Below, piece after piece: positions 8,653-19,808 of a DNA stretch of 64,000 nucleotides. How positions within the stretch are numbered: position 1 is the first letter of the stretch; each line of letters begins with the position of its first letter. A program made the translations under genes and the position numbers. The stretch comes from a virus (lineage: Duplodnaviria; Caudoviricetes). The DNA lies in IMG/VR virus record IMGVR_UViG_3300028591_000096. One strand, given 5' to 3'. The notes under the pieces are model-generated. The model saw only the letters and a program-made list of their open reading frames with translations. It had not been told where the DNA came from and searched no databases.

Positions 8653-11600
8653 TTAAAACATAATTATCATTTCTGCATAGTATCTGTGAGGTTCAAGATT
8701 CTCAATATTCATGTAATATCTGTTTTCAGAGAATACAATAGTATTTTCAAGATTCTTCATTTCTTCATATGATGATGTGTCTGATGGCTTTTCATATTTG
8801 AACTCAAGTTTATCGCTTGACTTATCTACATATAATATAAACTTTGTGTTATTATTTATGTCTATAAGTTTAAGTATTGTGTTTTCTATATACTTTGACT
8901 TATAACTTGAATATGAAATATCTTTACTGTTTATGTATTTTTGATTTTTGCCCCATGAATCTGAATAACCATTACTCTTGTCACTATTTATGAAATTTAT
9001 AATGGATGATGTTATGTTGAGTACAATTTTTTTGTCACTTGGTGATTCTACAGTGTCAACCCATGTTGTTAGATCTATTCCGTGTATAATATTACCATTT
9101 TGATCTTTTGTTTTTAAGTTGATACCTCTAGATGCAATATAGTTGTTTTTTTCAAATCCTGAGAATGCTCCATAATATGAAATATATGTATCATATTTAC
9201 TGAATAATCTACACATATTTGTATACCAATATCCGATAAGTGGATCATGGTTTCTTAATAGTGTTACAGAATGTGATTGATTTATACTTTTTATCTCTTT
9301 AGTACTTGATTTGTCAATTGCGTTTTCAAACTTTATACGTGTAACAAGATCATCTACATTGGTTGTATTTTCAAGTATTCCATCAGTACTGTGTAAACGA
9401 CTATCAACATCTTCAGAATATAATAATATCGATGCATCTTGACATTTTTTCGTAGTCTCTATATTTGATACATTAAAATATATAAGCCTAGATAAACCAT
9501 TTTCTTCATATACTGGATTATCATTTTGATCAAATTTAATTGCATCAGAAGAAGAATCTTCTCGTGATTGAACAAAATACAAATATTTTAAATCTCCTAC
9601 ACTTATATCACCTACACTTACATCAAATGTTCTTAAATGTAGTTTTGTTCTTCCTTCAATTTTTTCTGTTCCGTCAAAATAAAATTCATATATGGTTGAA
9701 CTATCATTTTTACCATAAAGTAAACTATCAAATTGAAGTGTATCAATTATAGAGGAGTCATCAACAAAACCAGAAAGTGTCTTCGTATCAAAGCTGTATA
9801 TTCCCTTAATAACATTATCATTATCCACATTATCATTATTTGTTATAATTTTGCCAGAATATTTTCCTTCATTTTTTTCTAATTTCATATCTATAAAATC
9901 ATTAGGAAATTCAAGTGAATGATACTTATCTGCTATCCATTTTTTATATAGATCGTTTGGTTTTATAACCATATCATCAACGTAACATACATCTATTATT
10001 GAATCGTATGTATTTACTATAACATCTTTTATATAAAAGCCAAAATCATACAAACCGTTATCGATTTTTTCTTTATAAATATCTCCATTTATTTTTGGTG
10101 GAATAAACCAAGTACTAGCATCTGAAACACTAGCATCTGGAACCATTCTGATTTCATATGAAATATCTTTTTTTATTATCATTGTTGATGCGTCCTTATC
10201 GGAAATTTTCATTATGTTGTCTATATCTATTACTTTTTTCATCCATGTTTGATTTATATAATCTACATCATTTAATATTATATTACAACCATTAAACCAT
10301 GTTAAGAACGAGTCAGATATTTCTACTGGAGCTGCATATTCAAATTTAAACACATCTTTCATTACAGGTACAGAATATGATGGATGTGTGTATCCAGATG
10401 TGATTACTTCATATTTCGTATTCTCTCGTTCTATTTTAAACGGATCAACAAGATCTATACTTATTATACTTGCAACATTATTATATTTTTTTGTTTCGTT
10501 TTCATTTTTTATCGTTATTGCATAATATGATTTTAATTTTTTTAATTGTGATAATGATAACGAATTTGTTGCTATGTTAATACATGTAGATGAATCTATT
10601 TCAGACAGATTTATATACGCATCAACATTATTGTTACCTATGTCTAATGTTTTTATAATCTGATTACTATTAATTGTTTCTATTTTATCATCTTTTGCTA
10701 AAAAAAGATTAGAACTATCTAATCGAATATATCTTTCGTTTATATCTTCATCGAAATGTATCTCTTTTACATTTCCATATATAACAATTTGATTTGGTGA
10801 CGTACTTTCTGCTTTTTCACCGTTTGTTGTTGGTTTTGATATAAGAAATATATCTGATTTTTCATCTACAACTTTATCAATTCCTTCTATTTTTGTAAGA
10901 TATCCATCATCTTTTATTTTTAATCCACCACCGTCATATACACAATCTGATAACTTGATAGAATGTTTAATTCTATGTATTCCAGATGTGATTGTTTCTG
11001 GTCTTTGTATTTTGTTATTATCACTACTTAATCCGTTATATATAATAAGAGCAGCTTGCTCCTTTGTTTCATCTATGAATAGTTCATATGTTCCAGGCTG
11101 ATTTGCGTTGTTTCCGCTCATAGAAAGCAATATTACAGAATATCCAACATATTTTGATAGATTTATCTTTGATTTATCTGTTGATTTTATTCTTGCTTTT
11201 ATTCCACATGAAACAAATTCTATCGAATTATCTCCATATTTGTATATCTTTGAAAACTTGTTAAGATGATTTTCATTTCTATATAATAAATCTTCTATAG
11301 ATCCATTTTCTTCGCTATTGTAAATATAAGAGTTGAACCCACCTGTTTCATCTTCATCATAATAGTTGTAAATGTATTTTGTGTACTTCATATTGTTATC
11401 ATCTTCTCCTAGATTACATGAAACAAACCCTATATGAGTATTATCGTCACTTGGTATCCAGTATGAGCTACTGTCGACTAAAAATGGATTTTTACTATAG
11501 CTTTTTGATATTATTACTGTTGTTTTAAAATATGGAAGATACACCGAATAAGTTATTCTTATATAATTTGATATTTTTACAAGATCGGTATCAATAGCAC

Positions 11601-14600
11601 TTTTTCCATATCTTAACTCTATAGGAATAGTATTTATATCTGTATAATATGCTATTATATCAACTGGTACATTTGAGTTTATAATAATATCTTTATTTTC
11701 AGATATATCTATAAATGGAGATGTTTTAAAAGAATTATCTGGATTAATTATAGATCCAGAATAAGTTAAATATCCATATTCACAATCTGGATCATCTGGT
11801 GTATAAACTTTATATTGATTTTCTGCGAAGTTATACATTACTCTCATTCTATTTCCAGTTTCATCTGTTCCAAGTATTCTCCATTTACAGCAATATGGTG
11901 ATATTAGAGATATATCGAATTTATTGTGACCGTTTATTTGCATGTTTTCAAGAAATACAGCTAGATCTTCTATATTATTAAGATCCATATAGCCAAATCC
12001 ACTTGTGTTGATGTTATATGTTTTAAATTTATCACAATAATCTGCTATAAATTCTTCAGAATTCTGTATAATTTGTTTATTATATACATTTGTTTCAGTT
12101 TGAGTATACTCTCCTAAATTTCCTCCTACTTTTGTTCCTTCTTCTTGGTTGTTTTCATTATTAAGAAAGAAAACACTATCTTTATCAAGAACATCTAAAT
12201 AATAATCTTTTAATGGAAATATAGAGCAAATTCCAGAATTCATAGGGAAATTCTGATAAAATTGAAGTTTACCGTTTGCTTTTATTAATGGATTAAATTC
12301 AAATTTAATAATATATGATTCTTGGTATCCAAATCCTACAATACTATACATAGGATCTGTGTGTTTATGTACAATGAAATTACCATCTATAGAAATATAA
12401 TTTATCTCTATATTTTTTCTATATAGTTTGTTTTCATTGAATTTTGTTGTGTACAAAACAGTTTTGTATGGTGATATACTTTTTTGTATATCATCATTAA
12501 TAAGGACCATAGTTTCACCATTTTCATTATAAACTATATCCATAAAATTAACACAATATGCAACTCTTGTTCCTAGACTTTCAAATCCTATAGGATAATA
12601 TACTTTTATGTCCGTATTATCAAAACTATTCGATTTTGGATCAATGATCATTTTCTTTATAGAATCACAACCGAATATATATGAAGATTTGTCGATATAT
12701 TCATTATCTGGATTTGTATTTTTTATTATATCATCATTTTCCTTATTGAATCCACATATAGATGATATTTTCTCAAACATTACAGTTTGTTGACCAGTTG
12801 AGTTTTTCTTGTATAATAATGAGAATGACGATTTACCATCATCGTATGCACTTATATTGTTACTAAGCTTATTAAAAGCTTTTGTTATAAGACTTAGTTG
12901 CTTCTTTATTATTTCTGGTTTATCTTTCTCGTCAATGTTTGAACGATATTCTGTGTTTAATATAGATATTCTTATAATCTGGAATTCTTTTCCATTTATA
13001 TCGTACTGTGTATATGATATATCAGAAAGTTCATCATCATCAAAGAAATTAGAAACAATCACTTCATATATGGTGTTGTTTGTTAGATCCAAGATTCTAT
13101 AATGTTCACCTGGATCTAATACATCATTTAGCTTGTTTGAAGCATACACCCATAATCCATTATTATAACTGCTTATATCGTATGTGTCAACGGTAACTAT
13201 ACTTTTGTATGTTTCTAATTTGTGTGATTTTGCTTCTTCGCTTTTACTAATATTCTCTTTTAATCTTTTGAATTCTTTGTCTGTTGAAATCCCATAAATT
13301 ACAGTAGGATAGTATGATGGATCAAAATCTAATCCATGAATCGAACTATCAAATATAGCTGCTTCATCTGAATTTATATCTATGCATGTAAATGTTTCAT
13401 CTTCTCCATTAAGTCTTACATATACACCAAAATATGTAGGTAAAGAGAATAATCTTTCGCTTGTGTCATCAAACATAAACTCAAAGTTTATTATATCTTT
13501 ACTTACAATATGATTTCTCTGAAATCCAAGTGTATACCAATCATTCATAGACACTTGGTTGTTTATGCTTCTTTCTTGTGTTGTTTCTTCGTAAATATTA
13601 GATACAACACCATGCTCTAAAGATATACCATTAAATATATTGAAGTGATCGTAATCAGATCCTGTATAAACATCACCAACAAAATCTTTATTATTTTCTA
13701 ATATTCTTCGTATGTATGAACCAAGTTTTGTTCCTTGTCTGAAATCAAATGATTTTATAAGTTCACATTTATTACAGTCTATAAATTCTGTTCTGTCGGC
13801 TATTTCTATATTATTGTTATTAAATAAAGATTCATAATCATTTATTTTAAAAATAAGGAAGAAATCTGGAAGTACTTTTCTTATACACAATGGCGCAAGA
13901 AGTGAATAGTTTTCACTATACATTTTATCTGTATTTGTTCTTACACCATAGTTATATTTGTCATAATATTGCTCATCAAAATCATTAGCTGTAGCAAAAA
14001 GATCATAACATGAATCTTCAATTTTATAAAAATCATCAGTTGTTATAGATCTCATTTTAGACATAAGTGTTCTTCCATAATATTCTGATGGATTAATAGG
14101 AATATGTCTGTATTTATTCTGAGATAAACCTAATGACACTTTAAATGTATCAAGATACATGTTTGATTCTGAATCAACAACAACTTTAACATTACCTGTA
14201 AGTTTAGGATTTACACGAAGTATTGAATATGATGTATCATCATCGATCATCATATCCAATCTTTTATATTTCATTTTTTTGTATAGACTTGAATCTTCTG
14301 AATCAATAGGTGAATATTCATATTTTGTAGGTTCATCTTCAGATCCTTCTATCTTTGTCGAAAGTATTGAACCAGACTTAGATGAGAAATATATAACATA
14401 GTATCCATTAATTGGTTTTATCGTTTTTATGCTTTTTTTGTTCTTTATTATATCGTTTATTAAAACACTAGCATAAATAGAACTATCTCCGTTTGATATT
14501 ATATAACCAGAAAGATCTGGTGAATATATACTACCATCATCTGAATGTTCACCGTAAAGTATGCGTTCCTCGTTATCCAATATTACATATTTCCACTCTG

Positions 14601-14778
14601 GATTATCTATAGTATAAATTGTCTGAATATAATCCGCATAATGATGATCATCATTCGGACTTACAAGAATGGCAGAGTTTATATAAATATCTCCATCACC
14701 TTCCTCATATGTGAATTCTCTATTTTCTCCAGGATTATCTTGGAAATGTAATATTAAAGTCTTTTTTGTGATAACCAT
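8653..14778 (-). CDS. Very large (2041 aa) putative baseplate/tail structural protein
   Basis: Long ORF in a late minus-strand operon; shares a ~60-aa module with 34712-39793; 13 D-[S/A]-S motifs. Confidence 0.6.
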   Translation of the reverse strand: MVITKKTLILHFQDNPGENREFTYEEGDGDIYINSAILVSPNDDHHYADYIQTIYTIDNPEWKYVILDNEERILYGEHSDDGSIYSPDLSGYIISNGDSSIYASVLINDIIKNKKSIKTIKPINGYYVIYFSSKSGSILSTKIEGSEDEPTKYEYSPIDSEDSSLYKKMKYKRLDMMIDDDTSYSILRVNPKLTGNVKVVVDSESNMYLDTFKVSLGLSQNKYRHIPINPSEYYGRTLMSKMRSITTDDFYKIEDSCYDLFATANDFDEQYYDKYNYGVRTNTDKMYSENYSLLAPLCIRKVLPDFFLIFKINDYESLFNNNNIEIADRTEFIDCNKCELIKSFDFRQGTKLGSYIRRILENNKDFVGDVYTGSDYDHFNIFNGISLEHGVVSNIYEETTQERSINNQVSMNDWYTLGFQRNHIVSKDIINFEFMFDDTSERLFSLPTYFGVYVRLNGEDETFTCIDINSDEAAIFDSSIHGLDFDPSYYPTVIYGISTDKEFKRLKENISKSEEAKSHKLETYKSIVTVDTYDISSYNNGLWVYASNKLNDVLDPGEHYRILDLTNNTIYEVIVSNFFDDDELSDISYTQYDINGKEFQIIRISILNTEYRSNIDEKDKPEIIKKQLSLITKAFNKLSNNISAYDDGKSSFSLLYKKNSTGQQTVMFEKISSICGFNKENDDIIKNTNPDNEYIDKSSYIFGCDSIKKMIIDPKSNSFDNTDIKVYYPIGFESLGTRVAYCVNFMDIVYNENGETMVLINDDIQKSISPYKTVLYTTKFNENKLYRKNIEINYISIDGNFIVHKHTDPMYSIVGFGYQESYIIKFEFNPLIKANGKLQFYQNFPMNSGICSIFPLKDYYLDVLDKDSVFFLNNENNQEEGTKVGGNLGEYTQTETNVYNKQIIQNSEEFIADYCDKFKTYNINTSGFGYMDLNNIEDLAVFLENMQINGHNKFDISLISPYCCKWRILGTDETGNRMRVMYNFAENQYKVYTPDDPDCEYGYLTYSGSIINPDNSFKTSPFIDISENKDIIINSNVPVDIIAYYTDINTIPIELRYGKSAIDTDLVKISNYIRITYSVYLPYFKTTVIISKSYSKNPFLVDSSSYWIPSDDNTHIGFVSCNLGEDDNNMKYTKYIYNYYDEDETGGFNSYIYNSEENGSIEDLLYRNENHLNKFSKIYKYGDNSIEFVSCGIKARIKSTDKSKINLSKYVGYSVILLSMSGNNANQPGTYELFIDETKEQAALIIYNGLSSDNNKIQRPETITSGIHRIKHSIKLSDCVYDGGGLKIKDDGYLTKIEGIDKVVDEKSDIFLISKPTTNGEKAESTSPNQIVIYGNVKEIHFDEDINERYIRLDSSNLFLAKDDKIETINSNQIIKTLDIGNNNVDAYINLSEIDSSTCINIATNSLSLSQLKKLKSYYAITIKNENETKKYNNVASIISIDLVDPFKIERENTKYEVITSGYTHPSYSVPVMKDVFKFEYAAPVEISDSFLTWFNGCNIILNDVDYINQTWMKKVIDIDNIMKISDKDASTMIIKKDISYEIRMVPDASVSDASTWFIPPKINGDIYKEKIDNGLYDFGFYIKDVIVNTYDSIIDVCYVDDMVIKPNDLYKKWIADKYHSLEFPNDFIDMKLEKNEGKYSGKIITNNDNVDNDNVIKGIYSFDTKTLSGFVDDSSIIDTLQFDSLLYGKNDSSTIYEFYFDGTEKIEGRTKLHLRTFDVSVGDISVGDLKYLYFVQSREDSSSDAIKFDQNDNPVYEENGLSRLIYFNVSNIETTKKCQDASILLYSEDVDSRLHSTDGILENTTNVDDLVTRIKFENAIDKSSTKEIKSINQSHSVTLLRNHDPLIGYWYTNMCRLFSKYDTYISYYGAFSGFEKNNYIASRGINLKTKDQNGNIIHGIDLTTWVDTVESPSDKKIVLNITSSIINFINSDKSNGYSDSWGKNQKYINSKDISYSSYKSKYIENTILKLIDINNNTKFILYVDKSSDKLEFKYEKPSDTSSYEEMKNLENTIVFSENRYYMNIENLEPHRYYAEMIIMF

Positions 14779-14794
14779 AATTTTCTGTTTTTTA

Positions 14795-17116
14795 TTATTG
14801 GAATGAATTTAAAATTCTTGAGAAGAATGGGTAGATTTGTTGATTTGCGTAGTTGCTTATAGTTTCGTCTACTGTTCTTCTTCCTTCCTTCGTTAAATTC
14901 GGAGCTTTAATAACAAGTTTTCCTCCATATGTTGTATCATCTTTTTGTAAGTTGAATTCAACACTAGGAGATACATTATCTCCTCGGCCACTGATGGATC
15001 TTAACTTGTCGGCTAGCGACATTGTTATGATATTTGTATTTCCAGAAGCATCAATATCCGTCTCTGTATATTCGATATTATCTGCGCTGTGTTTATACTG
15101 AGAATTACTGTCGGATATATGTGTATAAAGTCCAGCCGCTGACAGTGTTTCCTGTAAAACTACAGATGTCATATCACTCTTTACATTATCAAGTATAGTT
15201 GTTACTGAGTCATTTGTACTCAAATTATCTGGGAATGATACGATTACAGAGTTACTCCATTCCGATTTAAGTGGTGAGTAAGGGTATCCAGCTTCAGATA
15301 TAGATCTAACTTTCAATTCAACTTTTTCACCAGATCTTATAGGAATATCAACTTGGTTTATTGTAACATGTGTTCCGTCTAGTGTTTCAGATTTCCATTC
15401 GAATGTATCGGTGTCCTCATTATATTGTTTATCGAGTATTGGTGATGATGCTATAGACCAGTCTGTGAAAACACCACTTTCTGTTGTAGCATTTGATGAG
15501 TCCGTATAATCGAATGTGTTCAGTTTAGCACCAGTTTCATCAACGTGCAGATATCTGTACATTGTCTCAAATCCGATAATACTTTGCTTTCCTATTTTTT
15601 GATCCTCTATTGAGTATTGTGGATCAGGAATAGCAAAGAATCCTCTGACGTGATATTTTGGTGTATAATTAATAGCACCAGCATCATTAAGCAACGTATT
15701 AAGTTCATCTACAAGTGAACTGAACTGAGTAGTAAGGTTATTGAGTTTTTCTGTGTCTGAATTTATAGAGTTTGTTATTATATCACGTCTATTAGCATCA
15801 TACTCGGTTATAAGTTTATTCTTGTTTGATGAAATTGTATTACGTGTCGCTGTTATATTAGATTTAACGGATGCTATTTCTGAAGTGATAGATGTGTATC
15901 TTTCGCTATCGAGAGTTGCATTAAGTTGTGTATTAATTTGTACAACACGTAAATCACCTTCATTTAATATAGGAGCAGAAGGAATCTTTCCTCCGTATGC
16001 TGGTATTCTTCCTTCTTTAACCTGAGCTATCCACATTCTACCAAAGTCGGCCACGTTCTTCACATAATATGTAAAGAGATTCATATCTGAATCCTTACTG
16101 TATATCAGTGTATTTGTTTCAAATACTACTGGATTTGACCATTCTCTTGAAAGAAGATTAAATTTTTCATTTACGCCTTTGATGTAGACAATGTTTATTT
16201 CATCTATTCCTATACCTACGCTTACAACCTTTTCTTTGAATGGATCATTATAGAATTCAAGGACATCATATAATCCAATTGTATCGTAACCTACATTGTA
16301 TTCCAATTTAACTCTCATCTCTTGTTGATTAATTTCCTTAATCTTGAAAAGAGAGTTATTAAATCTTAAATAATCGTCAACTTGTAGAACATGTCCAGCT
16401 TCATCGCTTTTACCATTATCATCAACTGTAGCGTAGTTAATGGTTGACAAATAGTACCATGTTGCATTTAAACCAGTTTCTTGATTTTTTATAAGATTTA
16501 TACCAGTAACCTGGAACTCACCATTAAACTTTTCGTATGTTAATGGTAATTTTATCTCATCTTTATCTTCTTTGTAAGTTATATAATTATCCTCAAGGAA
16601 TTTTATCATCTCTCCGTAAGGTAGAGTTGTATTCAAAATATCAGATTTAACACTGTCATTTAATCTTTCCTGATTTGTATCAATAATGATCCTAGTGACA
16701 TAGACTCTATCTGAATCTTCTTCTATTTTTCCAGCTAAATCAATTTTAACGTTGCATCTTGGGTATTGTAGACTCTCAAAGAACCAGTTAGGATCTATAT
16801 CAAACTGACTAACACTACCTAAATTTTCTATAGTGTTGGCTGGTCTTGATATTGTTTCGACATTTATTTTTCTATATGTTCCGTCACCAGTCTCTATAAC
16901 ACCTTTTCCAGCAGTAAATCTGGAAATTGTTCTTTCTGCTCTTTCAACCCTATTTACTATATTCTGATATGAAGGTAGAACAACATCATCTGTAACAACA
17001 ACTTCAGCGTTATTGCCAGTAATAGTTTCGTTCATGGCCTGAGCTACATCAAGCATATCACTTGCTGCCTTTGTTAATTGAGCCATGTTTTCGGAATAAC
17101 TGTTTGTATTAGCCAT
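14795..17116 (-). CDS. Putative structural protein with central coiled coil
   Basis: 773 aa; heptad-like segment (EIASVKSNITATRNTISSNK...); late motif at 17146-17153 (-). Confidence 0.55.
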   Translation of the reverse strand: MANTNSYSENMAQLTKAASDMLDVAQAMNETITGNNAEVVVTDDVVLPSYQNIVNRVERAERTISRFTAGKGVIETGDGTYRKINVETISRPANTIENLGSVSQFDIDPNWFFESLQYPRCNVKIDLAGKIEEDSDRVYVTRIIIDTNQERLNDSVKSDILNTTLPYGEMIKFLEDNYITYKEDKDEIKLPLTYEKFNGEFQVTGINLIKNQETGLNATWYYLSTINYATVDDNGKSDEAGHVLQVDDYLRFNNSLFKIKEINQQEMRVKLEYNVGYDTIGLYDVLEFYNDPFKEKVVSVGIGIDEINIVYIKGVNEKFNLLSREWSNPVVFETNTLIYSKDSDMNLFTYYVKNVADFGRMWIAQVKEGRIPAYGGKIPSAPILNEGDLRVVQINTQLNATLDSERYTSITSEIASVKSNITATRNTISSNKNKLITEYDANRRDIITNSINSDTEKLNNLTTQFSSLVDELNTLLNDAGAINYTPKYHVRGFFAIPDPQYSIEDQKIGKQSIIGFETMYRYLHVDETGAKLNTFDYTDSSNATTESGVFTDWSIASSPILDKQYNEDTDTFEWKSETLDGTHVTINQVDIPIRSGEKVELKVRSISEAGYPYSPLKSEWSNSVIVSFPDNLSTNDSVTTILDNVKSDMTSVVLQETLSAAGLYTHISDSNSQYKHSADNIEYTETDIDASGNTNIITMSLADKLRSISGRGDNVSPSVEFNLQKDDTTYGGKLVIKAPNLTKEGRRTVDETISNYANQQIYPFFSRILNSFQ

Positions 17117-17145
17117 CTTCTGTATAGATGTTTTTATCTTTTCAC

Positions 17146-17153
17146 TATTTATC
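17146..17153 (-). promoter_or_regulatory. Class III late promoter GATAAATA
   Basis: AGATAAATAGTGAAA is identical at 244, 17146 and 19809 (-); analogous to T4 late TATAAATA. Confidence 0.75.
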
Positions 17154-17191
17154 TGAAAAGAACGATTATGTACATTTTTTAAATGAAATAA

Positions 17192-17223
17192 AAATGATCG
17201 ACCCTTTATAAAGATCGATCATC
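17192..17223 (-). terminator. Probable intrinsic terminator
   Basis: ATGATCGA...TCGATCAT inverted repeat followed by a T run on the minus strand. Confidence 0.65.
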
Positions 17224-17322
17224 ATATATTATGGATATTTTGTTATACTATATTGTTTGTGTTTTTGAACGAGAAACTTGATCATAATAGTTTGCTATGG
17301 TTTCAGGTTTTATAGATGTTGT

Positions 17323-19179
17323 CTATGTTATACCAGATGTCCTCGAAACAAGTAAAGCTATAATAGATATTACATCAATATAATTATTTTCGTTTATACT
17401 TGTTTTCATTGTGTTTGCTATTTTTAATGGAACTCCAGATAAACCAGATTCGTCTATTTCCATATTAACTTTTCCTGTAGTGTAATTATATGAAACTCGT
17501 ATGCAATTCAACACCATTTTTGCTGTTGATGGCGTAACATCATATGAATATGTTCCTTCTTTTTTGTATATTTCTGATGCGGTGTATGGGAAATTTCCGT
17601 TTTTTATATTAGATATATCTGATTCTATTCCGTCTATTTTCTCCATAGTTGTAGAAACGAGCTGCTTGATGTCTTTACTGTCTTTAGACATAGAGTAAAG
17701 TGTTTTAGCATTCTCTTTCATTGTTGTTACGGCTGCTGTCAAATTTCTCAAAACATCATTAAAGTCTTCAGACATACTGTATCCAGCGGTAGAGTTATCA
17801 TTAACTGTAATATCTCCACTATATGCAGTAGAAGGTTTAACGTTTATTCGGAATGAGTATGATGAACCATTTTTGTTTGCACCAGATTTAGCCTTTAATA
17901 TTGATGGAAAATAGAACATTCCATCAATTTCTGATGATTCGATAGCACCATCAAGGATATAAAGACCATATGCATTAGTTGCTAGTCTTTTCGTCTTGTG
18001 AGCATCATATATTGAATAATATACCAATATAGCATTAAATCTGAAATCGTCATACATTTCTTGTTCGATCTCTTGATTTGATGTGTTGCCCATTCCTATA
18101 TCATCATAAGTTAATGAACTGTTTTCATAGTATGTTCTAAGTTTGTTTATATCAAATTCAACTTCAAACTTATCATAATCTTTGTTTTCACTTACTGTAT
18201 ATGTTGCATATGATGAATATTCAGAATCAGACTTCGAAATAGGGGATATACCAGTTGATTTTATAACATCATGAGAATTGTAATTAAAACTTTGATATGA
18301 TTGATTTTCATCATTTATTGTTAAATATCCTACCGATGGTAATTCTTCTGGTTCACCTATCCATTTTGCTGTTATTTTATAGTCAACTTTTTCTGTTTCA
18401 ATTACTTTAAATTGGCGTTCAGTTGATGTTTCTGTTATAATAGTACCGTATGACGGATATATAAAATCGTTACTAGTCATATGAAAATTAACAACATTAT
18501 CTGATTCTATCTGTGTTATTTCTGATTCATCTATATTTTCAATCCATCTGTTCACATTTGTTCCTTCATATGATGTTTCAATGTAGTTTTCATCTATTAC
18601 TTTTTTGAAAAGAACACGCATCTGTCCATATGATGATGGAATTTGTACAAACGTTTCATTATATAATCCGCTATCATCTGTTCTTTGTGAACCAGCCGAT
18701 ATTGCACCAAATGCTTTAGCTATAGCCTTTTCCTTTTTTTCATATATATAATTACCGTCTGTAACGAATCTGTCATCATCATTCTTCATTCTACCAAAAA
18801 GCCATTTCCAGAATGATCTTTCTGATACTGTTTTATTTGATGCATAATTGTAATTGTCCTGGTTTCTTAATACGGTTTCAAAGTTTAGGCAATAATTTTG
18901 GAATTGATCTGCAAAAATAAAGTCACCTTGTGTGCTTGAATCAATAGTATACTCAGATGAACTATAATCCATCTCACTTGTTAGATTCAAGAAAGTCTTG
19001 TCCGTATCTAGATCATTTGCAAAATTGGGTATATCTAACAGAACATAATGGGAAATTTCAACACTGTTATGACTTTCATTTATATTTAGACCAATATCTT
19101 CCATAGCAGAGCCGAATGTATAAAATGTTCCACCCTGTTTTCTTGGCATTATAATTGGTGTTCTAAGTTTCTTTGACAT
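17323..19179 (-). CDS. Putative structural protein
   Basis: 618-aa ORF in a late operon with C-terminal coiled coil. Confidence 0.55.
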   Translation of the reverse strand: MSKKLRTPIIMPRKQGGTFYTFGSAMEDIGLNINESHNSVEISHYVLLDIPNFANDLDTDKTFLNLTSEMDYSSSEYTIDSSTQGDFIFADQFQNYCLNFETVLRNQDNYNYASNKTVSERSFWKWLFGRMKNDDDRFVTDGNYIYEKKEKAIAKAFGAISAGSQRTDDSGLYNETFVQIPSSYGQMRVLFKKVIDENYIETSYEGTNVNRWIENIDESEITQIESDNVVNFHMTSNDFIYPSYGTIITETSTERQFKVIETEKVDYKITAKWIGEPEELPSVGYLTINDENQSYQSFNYNSHDVIKSTGISPISKSDSEYSSYATYTVSENKDYDKFEVEFDINKLRTYYENSSLTYDDIGMGNTSNQEIEQEMYDDFRFNAILVYYSIYDAHKTKRLATNAYGLYILDGAIESSEIDGMFYFPSILKAKSGANKNGSSYSFRINVKPSTAYSGDITVNDNSTAGYSMSEDFNDVLRNLTAAVTTMKENAKTLYSMSKDSKDIKQLVSTTMEKIDGIESDISNIKNGNFPYTASEIYKKEGTYSYDVTPSTAKMVLNCIRVSYNYTTGKVNMEIDESGLSGVPLKIANTMKTSINENNYIDVISIIALLVSRTSGIT

Positions 19180-19190
19180 TTTGAAATTAA

Positions 19191-19784
19191 TTAGTTATTT
19201 TTATAGCTACCAAGGTCAACCCAACGTTTTGTTTCCTCATCTCTTTGATAAATGTGAAGGTTTGATGCACATAAGTACATAACACCATCAGTTACAGTGG
19301 TATCGAACCAATCGTATTCGTGTGTTTCTGGATCTTCATCCCATACTGTAACACCAAACTCAGAAAGAACTTTACATCCATATTCTGGATTTGTAGGTCT
19401 GATCATGCAGAAATCAGCATAAAGAGGCCAAGGTTGGAATGGGTATGTTCCAAGAGAATCAATCTGATCTTTTGAGATGTTACTTATAGAATTTATCTTC
19501 TTTTCTATTTTATCAAGTATTGTACCAATATCATTGTAATTATACATTACACCATCAGATCCTTTGAATCGAAGATTCTGAGCAACGATGGTTGTTGCGT
19601 CTATATAACTAGCTTCCAATTTTGATATATTCTTTAAATGTATATCACCGTTGTCAGCAGTATAGAAACTAAAAATACAATCACATATAGTATTGAAAGC
19701 TTCATTCAGCATTCTTGGAAGATCAGCGACAAAATTCTTTATTGAGAAATTTGTGCATTTTGATCTAACTTCTGATTCTTTCAT
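19191..19784 (-). CDS. Hypothetical late protein
   Basis: 197-aa ORF directly downstream of GATAAATA at 19809-19816 (-). Confidence 0.6.
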   Translation of the reverse strand: MKESEVRSKCTNFSIKNFVADLPRMLNEAFNTICDCIFSFYTADNGDIHLKNISKLEASYIDATTIVAQNLRFKGSDGVMYNYNDIGTILDKIEKKINSISNISKDQIDSLGTYPFQPWPLYADFCMIRPTNPEYGCKVLSEFGVTVWDEDPETHEYDWFDTTVTDGVMYLCASNLHIYQRDEETKRWVDLGSYKNN

Positions 19785-19808
19785 TGTTTATCGTTTTATC
19801 TTTTTCAC

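Noticed and set aside
8653-14778. D-S-S motifs as targets of the host Bacteroidota O-glycosylation system
   Set aside because: That system acts on exported proteins and modifies the residue right after Asp. Virion proteins assemble in the cytoplasm and the co-enriched DAS variant does not fit, so it is disfavoured though not excluded.
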